From NCBI GenBank assembly GCA_017686895.1, contig GCA_017686895.1_4521.1: a stretch of DNA of 64,000 nt. One strand, given 5' to 3'. The position numbers were made by a program, and so were the translations under genes. Shown here piece by piece: positions 48,088 through 59,283 of the stretch. The notes beneath the pieces are model-generated. The model was not told the DNA's origin, ran no database searches, and saw only the letters and a program-made list of their open reading frames with translations. Position 1 is the stretch's first letter; every line of letters begins with the position of its first letter. Origin of the DNA: a phage.

Positions 48088-48095
48088 TATTTATA
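48088..48095 (-). promoter_or_regulatory. Late promoter TATAAATA for gene 36
   Basis: Exact consensus on the minus strand about 27 nt upstream of gene 36 ATG. Confidence 0.55.
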
Positions 48096-48099
48096 CGCG

Positions 48100-48119
48100 A
48101 AAAGGAGACCGAAGTCTCC
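48100..48119 (-). terminator. Rho-independent terminator after gene 35 (GGAGAC-TTCG-GTCTCC plus TTTT)
   Basis: Perfect hairpin on the minus strand directly after the gene 35 stop. Confidence 0.6.
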
Positions 48120-48120
48120 T

Positions 48121-49245
48121 TTATTCTGTGTACTCTTTAAATTCCTGCCCAAATACCTTACCTGTGTCGTTAGATAACTGAGTAGGCAAGTCCATTATAT
48201 CATTACCGGTTAATGATTCATCGATGTAATTAGCACGAATACCATTTAGGCCAAACTCGGCAGGTTTTGCTATACTTCCGTTACATGATACTTCAGTGAA
48301 AATAACATTTCTTAGTCCACCTTGACCGACTGGGACCGTACGGTAACAATATACTGTAAAGCCATCGGCTTCAGCTGGTATTTCAACGTATTCTTCATAT
48401 AGCTTCCACACTCCAGCAGTTCCGTCAAAGTTTATATCTTTAGATGATATAGGAGAGCTAGATGGAGACTTAAAGAAACGAATTGAAAGTCTTGTGGTTC
48501 CTTCCTCTAATAATTCTTCATCAGCCATTAATTGAAATTTCAAATAAAGAAAATCTGTAGGCTTTAATCCATAGTTTGCGATAGGAGTAACAAGGGATGA
48601 TGTAGGCATCCTTTTTATTTCATTGTTAGTTCCTCCAACAGGAGATAAAAACGTTTCTAGAGCTTCATATGTACGTCTAGGATAGCCGGTAGCACCTATA
48701 TCAGCAATAGAGTCATATACAATATCTAATGGAGTTGAGTAATCAGAAATTGTTTTCTTATTACTGTATTTTATGTGTTCTAATGCAATAGTATTTTTAC
48801 CTGAAACATAAAACGCCGAATATGAAATATCAACAAGACTAGCAACTTCAATTGACGGTATAACTGAACTCCCAGCAGCTTTAAACCATTCAATTATTTC
48901 TGGCGGCAAATTAAATTTGTTATTAGAAATAAATGCGAAAATGAAATTATCTGCGTATGTATTAACAAACGAAATAAATGCAGCTGAAGTTGCATTATTT
49001 GTAGGCGCAAAATTGTATAATTTACTATCAACTATAGTTCCATTTTCCGGATTTATTACCCTAACATTTAGTCCAATACCAAAAGACTGCAACCCTAAAG
49101 GCTCATTTTGGAACAAAATATACGGATTAGTTGTTGAAAGCGGGCATGAACCCGCTATACTTAGTTTAAATCTAACTGAATTGCTTTCCGATAAAAACGG
49201 CGTTTGGACGTATCCCTGTCCAAACCTTGCCATAAATTTTTCCAT
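48121..49245 (-). CDS. 35: Long tail fiber proximal connector (hinge) gp35
   Basis: 374 aa (T4 gp35 about 372); position between 34 and 36. Confidence 0.85.
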   Translation of the reverse strand: MEKFMARFGQGYVQTPFLSESNSVRFKLSIAGSCPLSTTNPYILFQNEPLGLQSFGIGLNVRVINPENGTIVDSKLYNFAPTNNATSAAFISFVNTYADNFIFAFISNNKFNLPPEIIEWFKAAGSSVIPSIEVASLVDISYSAFYVSGKNTIALEHIKYSNKKTISDYSTPLDIVYDSIADIGATGYPRRTYEALETFLSPVGGTNNEIKRMPTSSLVTPIANYGLKPTDFLYLKFQLMADEELLEEGTTRLSIRFFKSPSSSPISSKDINFDGTAGVWKLYEEYVEIPAEADGFTVYCYRTVPVGQGGLRNVIFTEVSCNGSIAKPAEFGLNGIRANYIDESLTGNDIMDLPTQLSNDTGKVFGQEFKEYTE

Positions 49246-49253
49246 ATAACCTC

Positions 49254-52200
49254 TTATTCAACCCATATAAATTTAACTGTTTTGTTAACCGGGTCTGGAA
49301 CAATTCTCACATTTCCTAATTGTAAGAAGTCTCGAACAGTAAGGTTTCCAATAACAGCATTATCAGATGGGATAGCACCGACATCGCTAGGTGAAGGTGG
49401 GTTGCCACTATCAAATACCATTGCAAATGAAGTCCAAGCATCTTTATTTTTCTGCCAGGTACGAGTATATCGAATACTACCACCATTTGCACCTGTAGGA
49501 TAACAAATCCAATCCTGATAAAGCGAATCTAAGCTATTGCCGAATTGAGTCAAAGTACCAGGATATTTAATTTCTTGGTCACGGTTACCTTTGTTATCAC
49601 GCGTCCAGTATCCAGGGAATTGGCTATATACGGCAGAATCGTTAATGTCAATAGACCAAAAACCTACAGTAGAAGCTGTTGGTTTATCGGTATAAACCGT
49701 GGCAGTTTTAACGCCGTTAGAAATAATCCTGTTATTTACAGTTAACCCACCGGTAGTTATTGTTGCACCACTTGTGATTTGAACACCGTTGTCAAGACGA
49801 ACTAGGCCTGTGGCATTGTTAATCGTGATCGGGCGTAAGTTATTAAACGTCCCGGTCTGGTCACCTGAGTTAGTTAATGCAATATAAGAACTGTCACCAG
49901 CATTATAAAGCATAACACCATAGTTACCGTTAATAGCTCTGAATGCAATAGGAGAACTAGAAACAATTTCGCCTGTAGCACTAATAGGCCCGGTAAATGT
50001 AGAAACACCTGTAACATTTAATCCATTTGTAGAAACAATACCTGTTGAATAAAGTGTTCCATTAATATTAAATGATACTTTATTATCAGAAGCGCGCTGA
50101 GAATAGAAATGGTATCCGGTTTCGTCACCCGCTTCAAATACTGTATCACGGGCACCATCTGTAGCGCTATTACCCCATGCTCTAACAACGAAATTCTCTT
50201 TATTACTAAGAGATTGGGTTCCTTTAGTGAAAACTATTTCGGAACCGCTAGAGTCATTAAGAGTTAATCTACGAGTAACAGATGCTTCGGAACCAAAAGA
50301 AGCAGTGCTTGTAGATACTAAAGGAGCACTCAGGTTGGTCTGTTTAGTAAGACTTAAAGAACCATTAACCGTCTGGTCGATGTCTCTACGGATGAACTGA
50401 AGAGAATCTAGACCATCTAACAGATTACTATCTACGGCTTTAGCTTTCAATGGTAAGTAGTTAGCAAGTACACGGTTTAATTCATATGGAGAAATAGCAT
50501 AACTATTTTTCTCATAAAGATTCAGGTCCTGGGTACTACCTTGAGTATCGTCACCAACGAATGTAATAGAACCGGATGAAGTTTTAACGAATCCGCGAAT
50601 TGCTGTAGTAGCAGCCCATGTTGGTTCATCCTGGACAATCCATTTTAAATTCTTAGGCGATACAGCAGTATTAGCAGAAGTTCCTGTTACAGTTTCAGCC
50701 TGAGTAGCAACCTTAATTACACCTTCAGATGTTTCAGTGGACTTAGTCCCTAAAAGCTTTTTAGGAGTAATAAGAACATCATCTAAAGTTCCTGCATTAG
50801 ATTCTGCCTGGGTCGCTACACGAAGTGTACCACGTTGTGTTTCATTTGCTTTAGAAATATCAAGAGTATAATGGTTCCACAAGGTTCCTTCTTCAATAAG
50901 TCCGGAATCAGAATTAACACTGGTACGGTCAGAAGAATCAAAATGAGTTTTAATTTTCAGTGGAGACGAGATACGAGTATCGTCAGTTCCAGTATCAAAT
51001 TCAACTTGCGTAGCAATTTCGGCTATGCCGGATAATCCTTCCGTAGCTTTCCTATCATTTAACGTCTTAGGCGTTACTGCTCTAGTATAATCAGTTCCAG
51101 TGTTAGTTTCTGCTTGCGTAGCAATTTCAATTAAACCAATACGTCCATCAGTAGAAGTTTTCTTATGCAGAGTTTCAGGAGTCACTACAGCATTAGCCCA
51201 ACCGGTTTGTGATTCACCAGCGATAACTTCACTTTCAATAGCAAGAATTACTGCGCCCTGTTGAGTAGGGGTAGCTTTATACTGGTCAAGAGCCTTTGGA
51301 GAAATAGTTAAATTATCTACGGCTTTGTTATAAACGTTAGTCCCAGCATTACCACGAACAGTAGCCGCTGTAGTACCAGTCGTAGATGTGTATTTTACAA
51401 TACCAGATAAAACTTCAGAACCTTGACGGGCATCCAATTTCTTAGGAGTAATAATAGTGGTATCATCTATGCCAGCATTAGTTTCATCCTGAGTTGCAAC
51501 TTCAGCAACACCTCTACGGGTTTCAGTTGCTGTACGTTCGTTCAATTTCTTAGGAGAAATAATCAAGTCGTCTTGGAATGCAAAATCGGTATTCTGGTTA
51601 ACTTGTGCAGTTGTTGCAATTCGAGCAATACCACGACGAGTTTCAGTTGCTGTACGATTTGCTAATGTTTCCGGAGTAATAGCCAGTTCTTTACCAGGAG
51701 CATTTTCTAAATCAACATTTGCTTGCGCTTGAGAAGCAAGAGCAATAACACCTAAACGAGCTCGAGTGGTATTGCTCGATGCATCGACTCGTTCGACGGT
51801 TACGGTGTTTTGTTGAACTACCCAATATTTTGTTTCAGATGAATAATCTTCTATATAAGCTAACTCAAGTACAGGTACATACGAAGTATCACCATTAAAT
51901 TCCAGCTCACTAACAGAAACCCATTGTGCATCAGGTGGATACTCTGAACGTTTTGGGAACTGTAATAAAGAAATACTGCTAGCAATTGTATCGCCTTCAG
52001 CAGCTTTAATTTTTACAGTTTGCCCTTTACGCATATAATTCAACGATATTTTAACAGTATCACCAGACAAAATATCTGTAGGCAAAGTAAGATTTACCGT
52101 CGAGATTGTATCATTATTAGTTCCAAAAACAAGAACTTCTTCATTAGGGCGTAAATCAGTATCATTACGAACTATACGTAAACGAGATTTCTGGTCACCT

Positions 52201-53087
52201 TCCCAAACACGCCATAAGCTATTAGCAGAATCATAAACAAAGAATGCTTCTGCAGTATTACGTCCTTCTGCTACATGAACACCGGCTTCTCGTATAGAAG
52301 TTGTATCATCGTAAGTTTTGACAATTGTGTGATATAACGGGTTTAATTTGTCTAAATCAACTAAATTAATAATATCGCCATTATTAGCATTGCGAGGCAA
52401 TGTAATATTAATAGGAGCGGCTGATGTAAAACGTCGAATGATAAAATCGTTAGGTTGCGCCTGATATGGCTTAGCAGGAGTTACTGTGACTGCATTACGT
52501 TCGTAATCAGAAACATACATTTGCCATAGGCGGTTGCTAAAAATGAAGACCATTTTAGATTTTGGGTGCGTCATTAAAACTGAACGAACCTGTTGTCCTC
52601 TAAAGTTTACAATACTTTGAGCCTCTGCAGTAATTTGAACTTTTACATAGCCTACTCTACCGCCAATATCAGACAAAATAACTGTATCGCCATTTAAAGG
52701 ATTTTTAGGCAAAGTGAAATTAATATCAGTGCCAGCTGAAGTATCAACCGCAATAGAGTTACCTACTGATAATTGGAAATCTCCGCCTTGAACTGTAATC
52801 CATTCTGCATCTGTACGAGTTGCCTTCCATTTAGCCAAAGAGAAAGGGCCCGCCGGAGCTGGAATATCACTTAAAGCTTGATAAAAACGATTATCATAAA
52901 GAACAATAAAATCTTTTGTATACGCGCGCGTATCGTCATAATTCTGTACGGTGTTTTCTTGCACCAAAAAGTCAACGTTCACGCCATCGGTGCCAACTGT
53001 GCGGTCAGCAAGCGCAACGTTAACTATCTTATCACCGCCTGCGTCAAGACCATCTTCGGCCCTGAACTTACGTTTGATGTCAACCAT
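49254..53087 (-). CDS. 34: Long tail fiber proximal subunit gp34
   Basis: 1277 aa (T4 gp34 about 1289); repetitive beta-rich sequence; position next to rnh. Confidence 0.9.
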   Translation of the reverse strand: MVDIKRKFRAEDGLDAGGDKIVNVALADRTVGTDGVNVDFLVQENTVQNYDDTRAYTKDFIVLYDNRFYQALSDIPAPAGPFSLAKWKATRTDAEWITVQGGDFQLSVGNSIAVDTSAGTDINFTLPKNPLNGDTVILSDIGGRVGYVKVQITAEAQSIVNFRGQQVRSVLMTHPKSKMVFIFSNRLWQMYVSDYERNAVTVTPAKPYQAQPNDFIIRRFTSAAPINITLPRNANNGDIINLVDLDKLNPLYHTIVKTYDDTTSIREAGVHVAEGRNTAEAFFVYDSANSLWRVWEGDQKSRLRIVRNDTDLRPNEEVLVFGTNNDTISTVNLTLPTDILSGDTVKISLNYMRKGQTVKIKAAEGDTIASSISLLQFPKRSEYPPDAQWVSVSELEFNGDTSYVPVLELAYIEDYSSETKYWVVQQNTVTVERVDASSNTTRARLGVIALASQAQANVDLENAPGKELAITPETLANRTATETRRGIARIATTAQVNQNTDFAFQDDLIISPKKLNERTATETRRGVAEVATQDETNAGIDDTTIITPKKLDARQGSEVLSGIVKYTSTTGTTAATVRGNAGTNVYNKAVDNLTISPKALDQYKATPTQQGAVILAIESEVIAGESQTGWANAVVTPETLHKKTSTDGRIGLIEIATQAETNTGTDYTRAVTPKTLNDRKATEGLSGIAEIATQVEFDTGTDDTRISSPLKIKTHFDSSDRTSVNSDSGLIEEGTLWNHYTLDISKANETQRGTLRVATQAESNAGTLDDVLITPKKLLGTKSTETSEGVIKVATQAETVTGTSANTAVSPKNLKWIVQDEPTWAATTAIRGFVKTSSGSITFVGDDTQGSTQDLNLYEKNSYAISPYELNRVLANYLPLKAKAVDSNLLDGLDSLQFIRRDIDQTVNGSLSLTKQTNLSAPLVSTSTASFGSEASVTRRLTLNDSSGSEIVFTKGTQSLSNKENFVVRAWGNSATDGARDTVFEAGDETGYHFYSQRASDNKVSFNINGTLYSTGIVSTNGLNVTGVSTFTGPISATGEIVSSSPIAFRAINGNYGVMLYNAGDSSYIALTNSGDQTGTFNNLRPITINNATGLVRLDNGVQITSGATITTGGLTVNNRIISNGVKTATVYTDKPTASTVGFWSIDINDSAVYSQFPGYWTRDNKGNRDQEIKYPGTLTQFGNSLDSLYQDWICYPTGANGGSIRYTRTWQKNKDAWTSFAMVFDSGNPPSPSDVGAIPSDNAVIGNLTVRDFLQLGNVRIVPDPVNKTVKFIWVE

Positions 53088-53121
53088 GGTAGTCCTCTTA
53101 TCATTATGTGTTCTATTTTAC

Positions 53122-53129
53122 TATTTATA
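53122..53129 (-). promoter_or_regulatory. Late promoter TATAAATA for gene 34
   Basis: Exact consensus on the minus strand about 35 nt upstream of gene 34 ATG. Confidence 0.55.
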
Positions 53130-53207
53130 AATGAGTAAAAGACTATTTACGCTTTCGAACTAGTATGTTACTATAGTCCAAGTTGACTAACTGAACAAGA
53201 GGTTCAT

Positions 53208-54125
53208 ATGGATTTAGAAATGATGTTGAATGAAGATTACAAAGAAGGTATTGCACTTGCCGACTTTAGTAACATTGCATTGGCAGCTGCATTAAACAAC
53301 TTTGAAGACGGTGATAAAATTACTGTTCCGATGGTTCGCCATGTAGTCTTGAATTCAATTCGTAAAAACGTAGTGATGTTCCGTAAGCAAGGTTATACAA
53401 AATTTGTATTGTGCATGGATAACGCTACTTCTGGATATTGGCGTCGTGACTTTGCTTACTATTATAAGAAAAATCGTAAAACCGATCGTGAAGCTTCAAA
53501 GTGGGATTGGGAAGGATATTTTACTGCACTTCATCAAGTTGTTGATGAGATTAAGAAATATATGCCATACGTTGTAATGGATATTGACAAATACGAAGCG
53601 GATGACCATATCGGTGTATTAACTAAATATTTGTCATTAGCTGGTCATAAGGTGTGTATTGTTGCATCAGATGGTGACTTTACACAATTACACAAGTACC
53701 CTAACGTTAAACAGTGGTCGCCACCGCAGAAAAAATGGGTTAAAATTAAGAATGGTTCTGCTGAAATTGATTGCATGACTAAAATTCTTAAAGGCGACCG
53801 TAAAGATGGTGTTGCGTCTGTTCGAGTTCGTGGTGACTTCTGGTTTACTCGAGTTGAAGGCGAACGAACTCCAAGCATGAAAACAACGATTATTGAAGCA
53901 ATTGCCAATGACCGTTCTCAAGCTGAAGTATTATTAAGTGCAGAAGAATATAAACGGTACCAAGAAAATTTGGTTCTCATTGATTTTGATTATATCCCTG
54001 ATAATATTGCTTCAACCATTATAGAGTATTATAACTCGTATAAACAACAACCTAAAGGCAAGATTTATTCATACTTTGTAAAATCTGGTCTTTCTAAATT
54101 AACAAGTGTAATTAATGAATTCTGA
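53208..54125 (+). CDS. rnh: RNase H (5'-3' exonuclease)
   Basis: 305 aa, same length as T4 RNase H; starts MDLEMML.EDYKEGI; SGYWRRDFAYYYKKNR and DKYEADDHI conserved. Confidence 0.92.
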   Translation: MDLEMMLNEDYKEGIALADFSNIALAAALNNFEDGDKITVPMVRHVVLNSIRKNVVMFRKQGYTKFVLCMDNATSGYWRRDFAYYYKKNRKTDREASKWDWEGYFTALHQVVDEIKKYMPYVVMDIDKYEADDHIGVLTKYLSLAGHKVCIVASDGDFTQLHKYPNVKQWSPPQKKWVKIKNGSAEIDCMTKILKGDRKDGVASVRVRGDFWFTRVEGERTPSMKTTIIEAIANDRSQAEVLLSAEEYKRYQENLVLIDFDYIPDNIASTIIEYYNSYKQQPKGKIYSYFVKSGLSKLTSVINEF

Positions 54126-54132
54126 GGTAAAC

Positions 54133-54402
54133 ATGGCTAAGAAAGAAGCAGTTGAATTTAATCAAGATGTGCATGGTGAAGAACTGGCTAAACTAGTCAA
54201 GGAAGCTTCCGATAACAAACTTAAAATTTCTGGTTATAATGAACTGATTAAAGACATTCGTACTCGTGCTAAAGAAGAGCTTGGCGTCGATGGAAAAATG
54301 TTTAATCGTTTGTTAGCTCTTTATCATAAAGACGCTCGTGACCAATTTGAAGCTGAAAATGAAGAGGTAGTCGAGCTTTATGACACAGTTTTCACTAAGT
54401 GA
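54133..54402 (+). CDS. dsbA: dsDNA-binding protein DsbA
   Basis: Starts MAKKEAVEF (T4: MAKKEMVEF); KISGYNELIKDIR, GKMFNRLLALYHKD. Confidence 0.8.
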   Translation: MAKKEAVEFNQDVHGEELAKLVKEASDNKLKISGYNELIKDIRTRAKEELGVDGKMFNRLLALYHKDARDQFEAENEEVVELYDTVFTK

Positions 54403-54718
54403 TATTAAACCGGTTGATGAGGCCGGTTTATCTGAACAAGAATTAGCAGTAAAACACGATAAAGATGATATCGCTAAATTGCTTGACCGACAAGAAAACG
54501 GATTCATTATCGAATCCATGGTTGAACAATTTGGTATGTCTTATTTAGAAGCAACAACTGCTTTCTTGGAAGAAAATTCTATTCCAGAAACACAATTTGC
54601 TAAATTTATTCCTACAGGAATTGTTGAAAAAATTACAAGCGAAGCAATTGACGAAAACATGCTTCGCCCATCAGTTGCTCGTGGTGAAAAAACTAATACG
54701 TTAGATTTCTTATTATGA
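54380..54718 (+). CDS. 33: Late transcription accessory factor gp33
   Basis: 112 aa, same length as T4 gp33; starts MTQFSL.DI.PVDE.GLSE. Confidence 0.85.
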   Translation: MTQFSLSDIKPVDEAGLSEQELAVKHDKDDIAKLLDRQENGFIIESMVEQFGMSYLEATTAFLEENSIPETQFAKFIPTGIVEKITSEAIDENMLRPSVARGEKTNTLDFLL

Positions 54719-55368
54719 TTAAAATACGCATGCCTCCTGATGGAGAACGTTATATTAACGGTAAATCAGTATATAAACTATACTTGATGTGCAAACAACA
54801 TTTTGGTGGTCGGTATGACGTAATCAAATATAACTGGTGCATGCGTGTTTCGGATAATGCATATCAAAAACGCCGAGATAAATATTTCTTTGAGAAACTA
54901 GCAGAGAAATATAAGTTAAAGGAACTCACTTTGATATTCATCAGTAACTTAGTTGCTAACCAAGATGCATGGATTGGTGAGATATCAGACGCTGATGCAT
55001 TAGTTTTCTATAGGGAATATATTGGACGTCTCAAACAAGCCAAGGAGACGTTTGCTGAAGATGTACGTAACATCTACTATTTCAGTAAGAAAGTGGAAGT
55101 TAGTGCGCTTCAAGAGATATTTGATTATAATAATAAAGTTCAGTCGAGCTACATATTTAAATTGCTACAAAGCAATATAATTTCGTTTGAAACCTTCTTG
55201 TTGTTGGATTCATTCTTGAATATTATAGATAAGCATGATGAACTTACTGACAATTTAGTCTGGCAAAATTATTCTACCAAATTAAAGGCATATCGAAAAA
55301 TACTCCAAATCGATGGAAATGCTGCCAAGAAATTGTTCATAGAAACAATAAAATCATGCAAGTATTAA
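54715..55368 (+). CDS. 59: Helicase loader gp59
   Basis: 217 aa; starts MIKIRMP; KYNWCMRVSD.AYQKRRDKYFF conserved. Confidence 0.92.
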   Translation: MIKIRMPPDGERYINGKSVYKLYLMCKQHFGGRYDVIKYNWCMRVSDNAYQKRRDKYFFEKLAEKYKLKELTLIFISNLVANQDAWIGEISDADALVFYREYIGRLKQAKETFAEDVRNIYYFSKKVEVSALQEIFDYNNKVQSSYIFKLLQSNIISFETFLLLDSFLNIIDKHDELTDNLVWQNYSTKLKAYRKILQIDGNAAKKLFIETIKSCKY

Positions 55369-55397
55369 GCTTTATTTCTTGTGTGTTAAAATTACTT

Positions 55398-55405
55398 TAT
55401 AAATA
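55398..55405 (+). promoter_or_regulatory. Late-type promoter TATAAATA upstream of gene 32
   Basis: Exact consensus about 80 nt before the gene 32 ATG. Confidence 0.4.
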
Positions 55406-55415
55406 AATCATACCA

Positions 55416-55484
55416 GCTACGAGGTATAAGTGTCGTAGCAACCAACTGTAAATAAATTAAATAATCTAAATAAAGGTAAATATA
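55416..55484 (+). promoter_or_regulatory. Gene 32 5' leader: hairpin (GCTACGA...TCGTAGC) plus AU-rich repeats, candidate autoregulatory operator
   Basis: 7-bp inverted repeat 55416-55439 followed by TAAATAAATTAAATAATCTAAATAAA; resembles the T4 gene 32 operator layout. Confidence 0.45.
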
Positions 55485-56384
55485 ATGTTTAAACGTAAAT
55501 CTACTGCTGACCTCGCTGCTCAAATGGCTAAACTGAACGGTAACAAAGGTTTCTCTTCAGAAGATAAAGGCGAATGGAAGCTGAAGCTAGATGCATCAGG
55601 TAATGGTCAAGCGGTAATTCGTTTCCTGCCAGCAAAAACTGATGATGCACTACCATTTGCAATTCTTGTTAACCACGGTTTCAAGAAAAATGGTAAATGG
55701 TATATTGAAAATTGCTCTTCTACACATGGTGATTACGACTCTTGTCCTGTATGTCAGTACATTAGTAAAAATGACCTGTACAATACCAACAAAACTGAAT
55801 ATTCTCAACTGAAACGTAAAACTTCTTATTGGGCTAATATTCTGGTTGTTAAAGACCCTCAAGCCCCAGATAACGAAGGTAAAGTATTTAAATATCGTTT
55901 CGGTAAAAAGATTTGGGACAAAATCAATGCAATGATTGCAGTTGATACCGAAATGGGTGAAACTCCAGTTGATGTTACTTGTCCGTTTGAAGGTGCTAAC
56001 TTCGTTCTGAAAGCTAAGCAGGTTTCTGGTTTTAGCAACTATGACGAATCTAAATTCTTAGGTCAATCTGAAATTCCTCGTATTAATGACGAAGCATTCC
56101 AGAAAGAACTATATGACCAGATGGTAGACCTTACTACTTTGACGGCTAAAGACCAGTTCAAATCCTTTGAAAAATTAAATGAATCTTTCGCTAAGGTTCT
56201 TGGTACTGCCGCTCTTGGTGGTGCAGCAGCCGCAGCAGCTTCTGTTGCAGATAAAGTTGCTTCTGACCTTGACGATTTTGATAAAGACATGGAAGCCTTT
56301 AGTTCTGCAAAAACTGAAGATGACTTCATGAGTTCCTCGTCTTCTGATGATGGCGACCTTGATGACCTGTTAGCTGGTCTATAA
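55485..56384 (+). CDS. 32: ssDNA-binding protein gp32
   Basis: 299 aa; starts [36 protein letters not shown]; acidic C-terminal tail. Confidence 0.95.
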   Translation: MFKRKSTADLAAQMAKLNGNKGFSSEDKGEWKLKLDASGNGQAVIRFLPAKTDDALPFAILVNHGFKKNGKWYIENCSSTHGDYDSCPVCQYISKNDLYNTNKTEYSQLKRKTSYWANILVVKDPQAPDNEGKVFKYRFGKKIWDKINAMIAVDTEMGETPVDVTCPFEGANFVLKAKQVSGFSNYDESKFLGQSEIPRINDEAFQKELYDQMVDLTTLTAKDQFKSFEKLNESFAKVLGTAALGGAAAAAASVADKVASDLDDFDKDMEAFSSAKTEDDFMSSSSSDDGDLDDLLAGL

Positions 56385-56390
56385 TAAATT

Positions 56391-56412
56391 GGGAGACTTC
56401 GGTCTCCCTTTT
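56391..56412 (+). terminator. Rho-independent terminator after gene 32 (GGGAGAC-TTCG-GTCTCCC plus TTTT)
   Basis: 7-bp perfect stem, UUCG loop, T-run. Confidence 0.75.
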
Positions 56413-56439
56413 GAGTATCTGTAAATTGCCGAAAAAGTT

Positions 56440-56468
56440 GTTTACTTCTTCCCTGGATGTGTTAGTAT
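56440..56468 (+). promoter_or_regulatory. Early-type promoter GTTTAC-N17-TAGTAT
   Basis: Followed by AGACTTATCAACAAC. Confidence 0.45.
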
Positions 56469-56497
56469 AGACTTATCAACAACATGAGGAAATCAAA

Positions 56498-56890
56498 ATG
56501 GAAATCGGAAAATCTTATATCATTAACCCTTTATTTAAAGACGACTTTGTTCAAGAAGCACCACACAATAACGCTAAGATGTTAAAATTAATTGAACTCC
56601 ACGGGCCTAGTTTTGTTGTAAACGGAATGGAACCTGATTATGATAGCGATACGTCAAACGTAGTAAGTGTAACTATGGAAGATGGTACTGTATGTTCTGC
56701 CGGTGGTGAAATTGAAACTTATTTTGAGATTTATCCTGACGAGTTCAAATACTTTATTGAGGTAGATTTAGTAAAGCCTCAACCTACTAACGAAGGTATA
56801 ACTTTAGGTGTAACAAAAATCCATTGTATCGTAGATGAAACCAACGTCGACGAAATCATCAAACTTTTGCAAAAAACTTTTAAAAAGTAG
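56498..56890 (+). CDS. Hypothetical protein (frd.3 position)
   Basis: 130-aa ORF. Confidence 0.5.
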   Translation: MEIGKSYIINPLFKDDFVQEAPHNNAKMLKLIELHGPSFVVNGMEPDYDSDTSNVVSVTMEDGTVCSAGGEIETYFEIYPDEFKYFIEVDLVKPQPTNEGITLGVTKIHCIVDETNVDEIIKLLQKTFKK

Positions 56891-56927
56891 TTTATAACAA
56901 GATAGGGTTATGTTATAGTAGCCCTAT
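56890..56927 (+). promoter_or_regulatory. Early-type promoter GTTTAT-N18-TATAGT with flanking inverted repeat
   Basis: G of the -35 is the last base of the TAG stop; ATAGGGTTA / TAGCCCTAT arms bracket the -10. Confidence 0.45.
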
Positions 56928-56953
56928 CAAATAAAAGTGAAGAGGAGAATAAA

Positions 56954-57196
56954 ATGAGATTGCAACGCCAGAGCATCAAAGATTCTGAAGTTAGAGGTAA
57001 ATGGTACTTCAACATCGTCGGTAAAGACGCTGAACTTGTTGAAAAAGCTGAACATCTTTTACGCGATATGGGTTGGGAAGATGAATGCGATGGATGTCCA
57101 CTCTATGAAGATGGTGAAAGTGCAGGATTCTGGATTTACCACTCTGATGTTGAATCGTTTAAAGCTGATTGGAAAATTGTGAAAAAGTCTGTTTGA
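56954..57196 (+). CDS. Hypothetical protein
   Basis: 80-aa ORF. Confidence 0.45.
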   Translation: MRLQRQSIKDSEVRGKWYFNIVGKDAELVEKAEHLLRDMGWEDECDGCPLYEDGESAGFWIYHSDVESFKADWKIVKKSV

Positions 57197-57207
57197 GGAA
57201 AAATAAT

Positions 57208-57450
57208 ATGATTTTTGTATTTGAATTTATGAATGACGAATTCGATTATGCAATTTTTAACGCATTGCATAATCCCGATTTAAGTGAATTTAATGAAATG
57301 TTTTCTGACGCTTTGAGTATGTCAGAAGAATACTGTGGAGAATGTCAACGTGTTTGTGTGACAGTTTTTGAAAACAAAGAAAAGACATATGAAGAGTTAT
57401 TCTTTGACGCTAATAAAGCCACTGAATGGTTTATTGAAAAGGGGTTTTGA
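57208..57450 (+). CDS. Hypothetical protein
   Basis: 80 aa from ATG 57208 (SD GAGGAA). Confidence 0.4.
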   Translation: MIFVFEFMNDEFDYAIFNALHNPDLSEFNEMFSDALSMSEEYCGECQRVCVTVFENKEKTYEELFFDANKATEWFIEKGF

Positions 57451-58408
<958 letters not shown>

Positions 58409-58421
58409 TTATAGGTGCTAA

Positions 58422-59282
58422 ATGAAACAATACCAAGATTTAATTAAAAATATCCTTGAAAACGGTTACGAAACAGACGACCGTACAGGCACAGGAACAA
58501 TTGCTCTGTTCGGAACTAAATTACGTTGGGACCTGACTAAAGGATTCCCTGCAGTAACAACTAAGAAATTAGCATGGAAAGCTTGTATTGCCGAGTTATT
58601 GTGGTTCATGTCCGGTTCTACTAATGTTAATGAATTACGTCTTCGTACTCATGGTAGTCTAATTGAAGGTAAAACTATTTGGGACGACAACTATGAAAAT
58701 CAGGCAAAAGACCTTGGATATCATAGCGGCGAACTTGGTCCTATTTATGGTAAGCAATGGCGTGATTTTGGCGGTGTAGACCAATTGGTCAAAACTATCG
58801 ACCGCATTAAAGCTCTTCCTAATGATCGTCGTCAAATAGTTTCTGCATGGAATCCGGCCGAAATAAATCAAATGGCTCTTCCTCCTTGCCATATGTTCTA
58901 TCAGTTCAATGTGCGTAATGGTCATCTTGATTTACAATGGTACCAGAGAAGTGTTGATGTTTTCTTGGGTTTGCCATTCAACATTGCCTCGTACGCTGCC
59001 TTGACTCATATTGTAGCTAAGATGTGTAATCTTATCCCGGGTGATTTAGTGTTCTCAGGCGGCAACACGCATATCTACATCAATCATGTAGAACAATGCA
59101 AAGAAGTTCTTCGTCGTGAGCCTAAAGAACTGTGTGAACTTAAAATTGATTGGCCTGAAGGATTCTCTGATTGGAGCACGACATTACAGCTTCATTGGGT
59201 AACAGAGCATATGAATCCGAGTGATTTCATTCTTAAAAATTACGAATCACATCCAGCTATCAAAGCTAAAATGGCGGTATAA
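58422..59282 (+). CDS. td: Thymidylate synthase (uninterrupted)
   Basis: 286 aa; PPCH catalytic Cys, DRRQIVSAWNP, classic TS motifs; single continuous ORF. Confidence 0.93.
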   Translation: MKQYQDLIKNILENGYETDDRTGTGTIALFGTKLRWDLTKGFPAVTTKKLAWKACIAELLWFMSGSTNVNELRLRTHGSLIEGKTIWDDNYENQAKDLGYHSGELGPIYGKQWRDFGGVDQLVKTIDRIKALPNDRRQIVSAWNPAEINQMALPPCHMFYQFNVRNGHLDLQWYQRSVDVFLGLPFNIASYAALTHIVAKMCNLIPGDLVFSGGNTHIYINHVEQCKEVLRREPKELCELKIDWPEGFSDWSTTLQLHWVTEHMNPSDFILKNYESHPAIKAKMAV

Positions 59283-59283
59283 A

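Noticed and set aside
44564-53138. Plus-strand ORFs of 60-130 aa inside tail fiber genes 37, 36, 35 and 34
   Set aside because: Antisense to long, syntenic tail-fiber ORFs; no SD or promoter context
53145-53177. Early-type promoter for rnh
   Set aside because: The -35-like ATTTAC and -10-like TATAGT are 21 bp apart, too far for a sigma-70-type promoter; left uncalled
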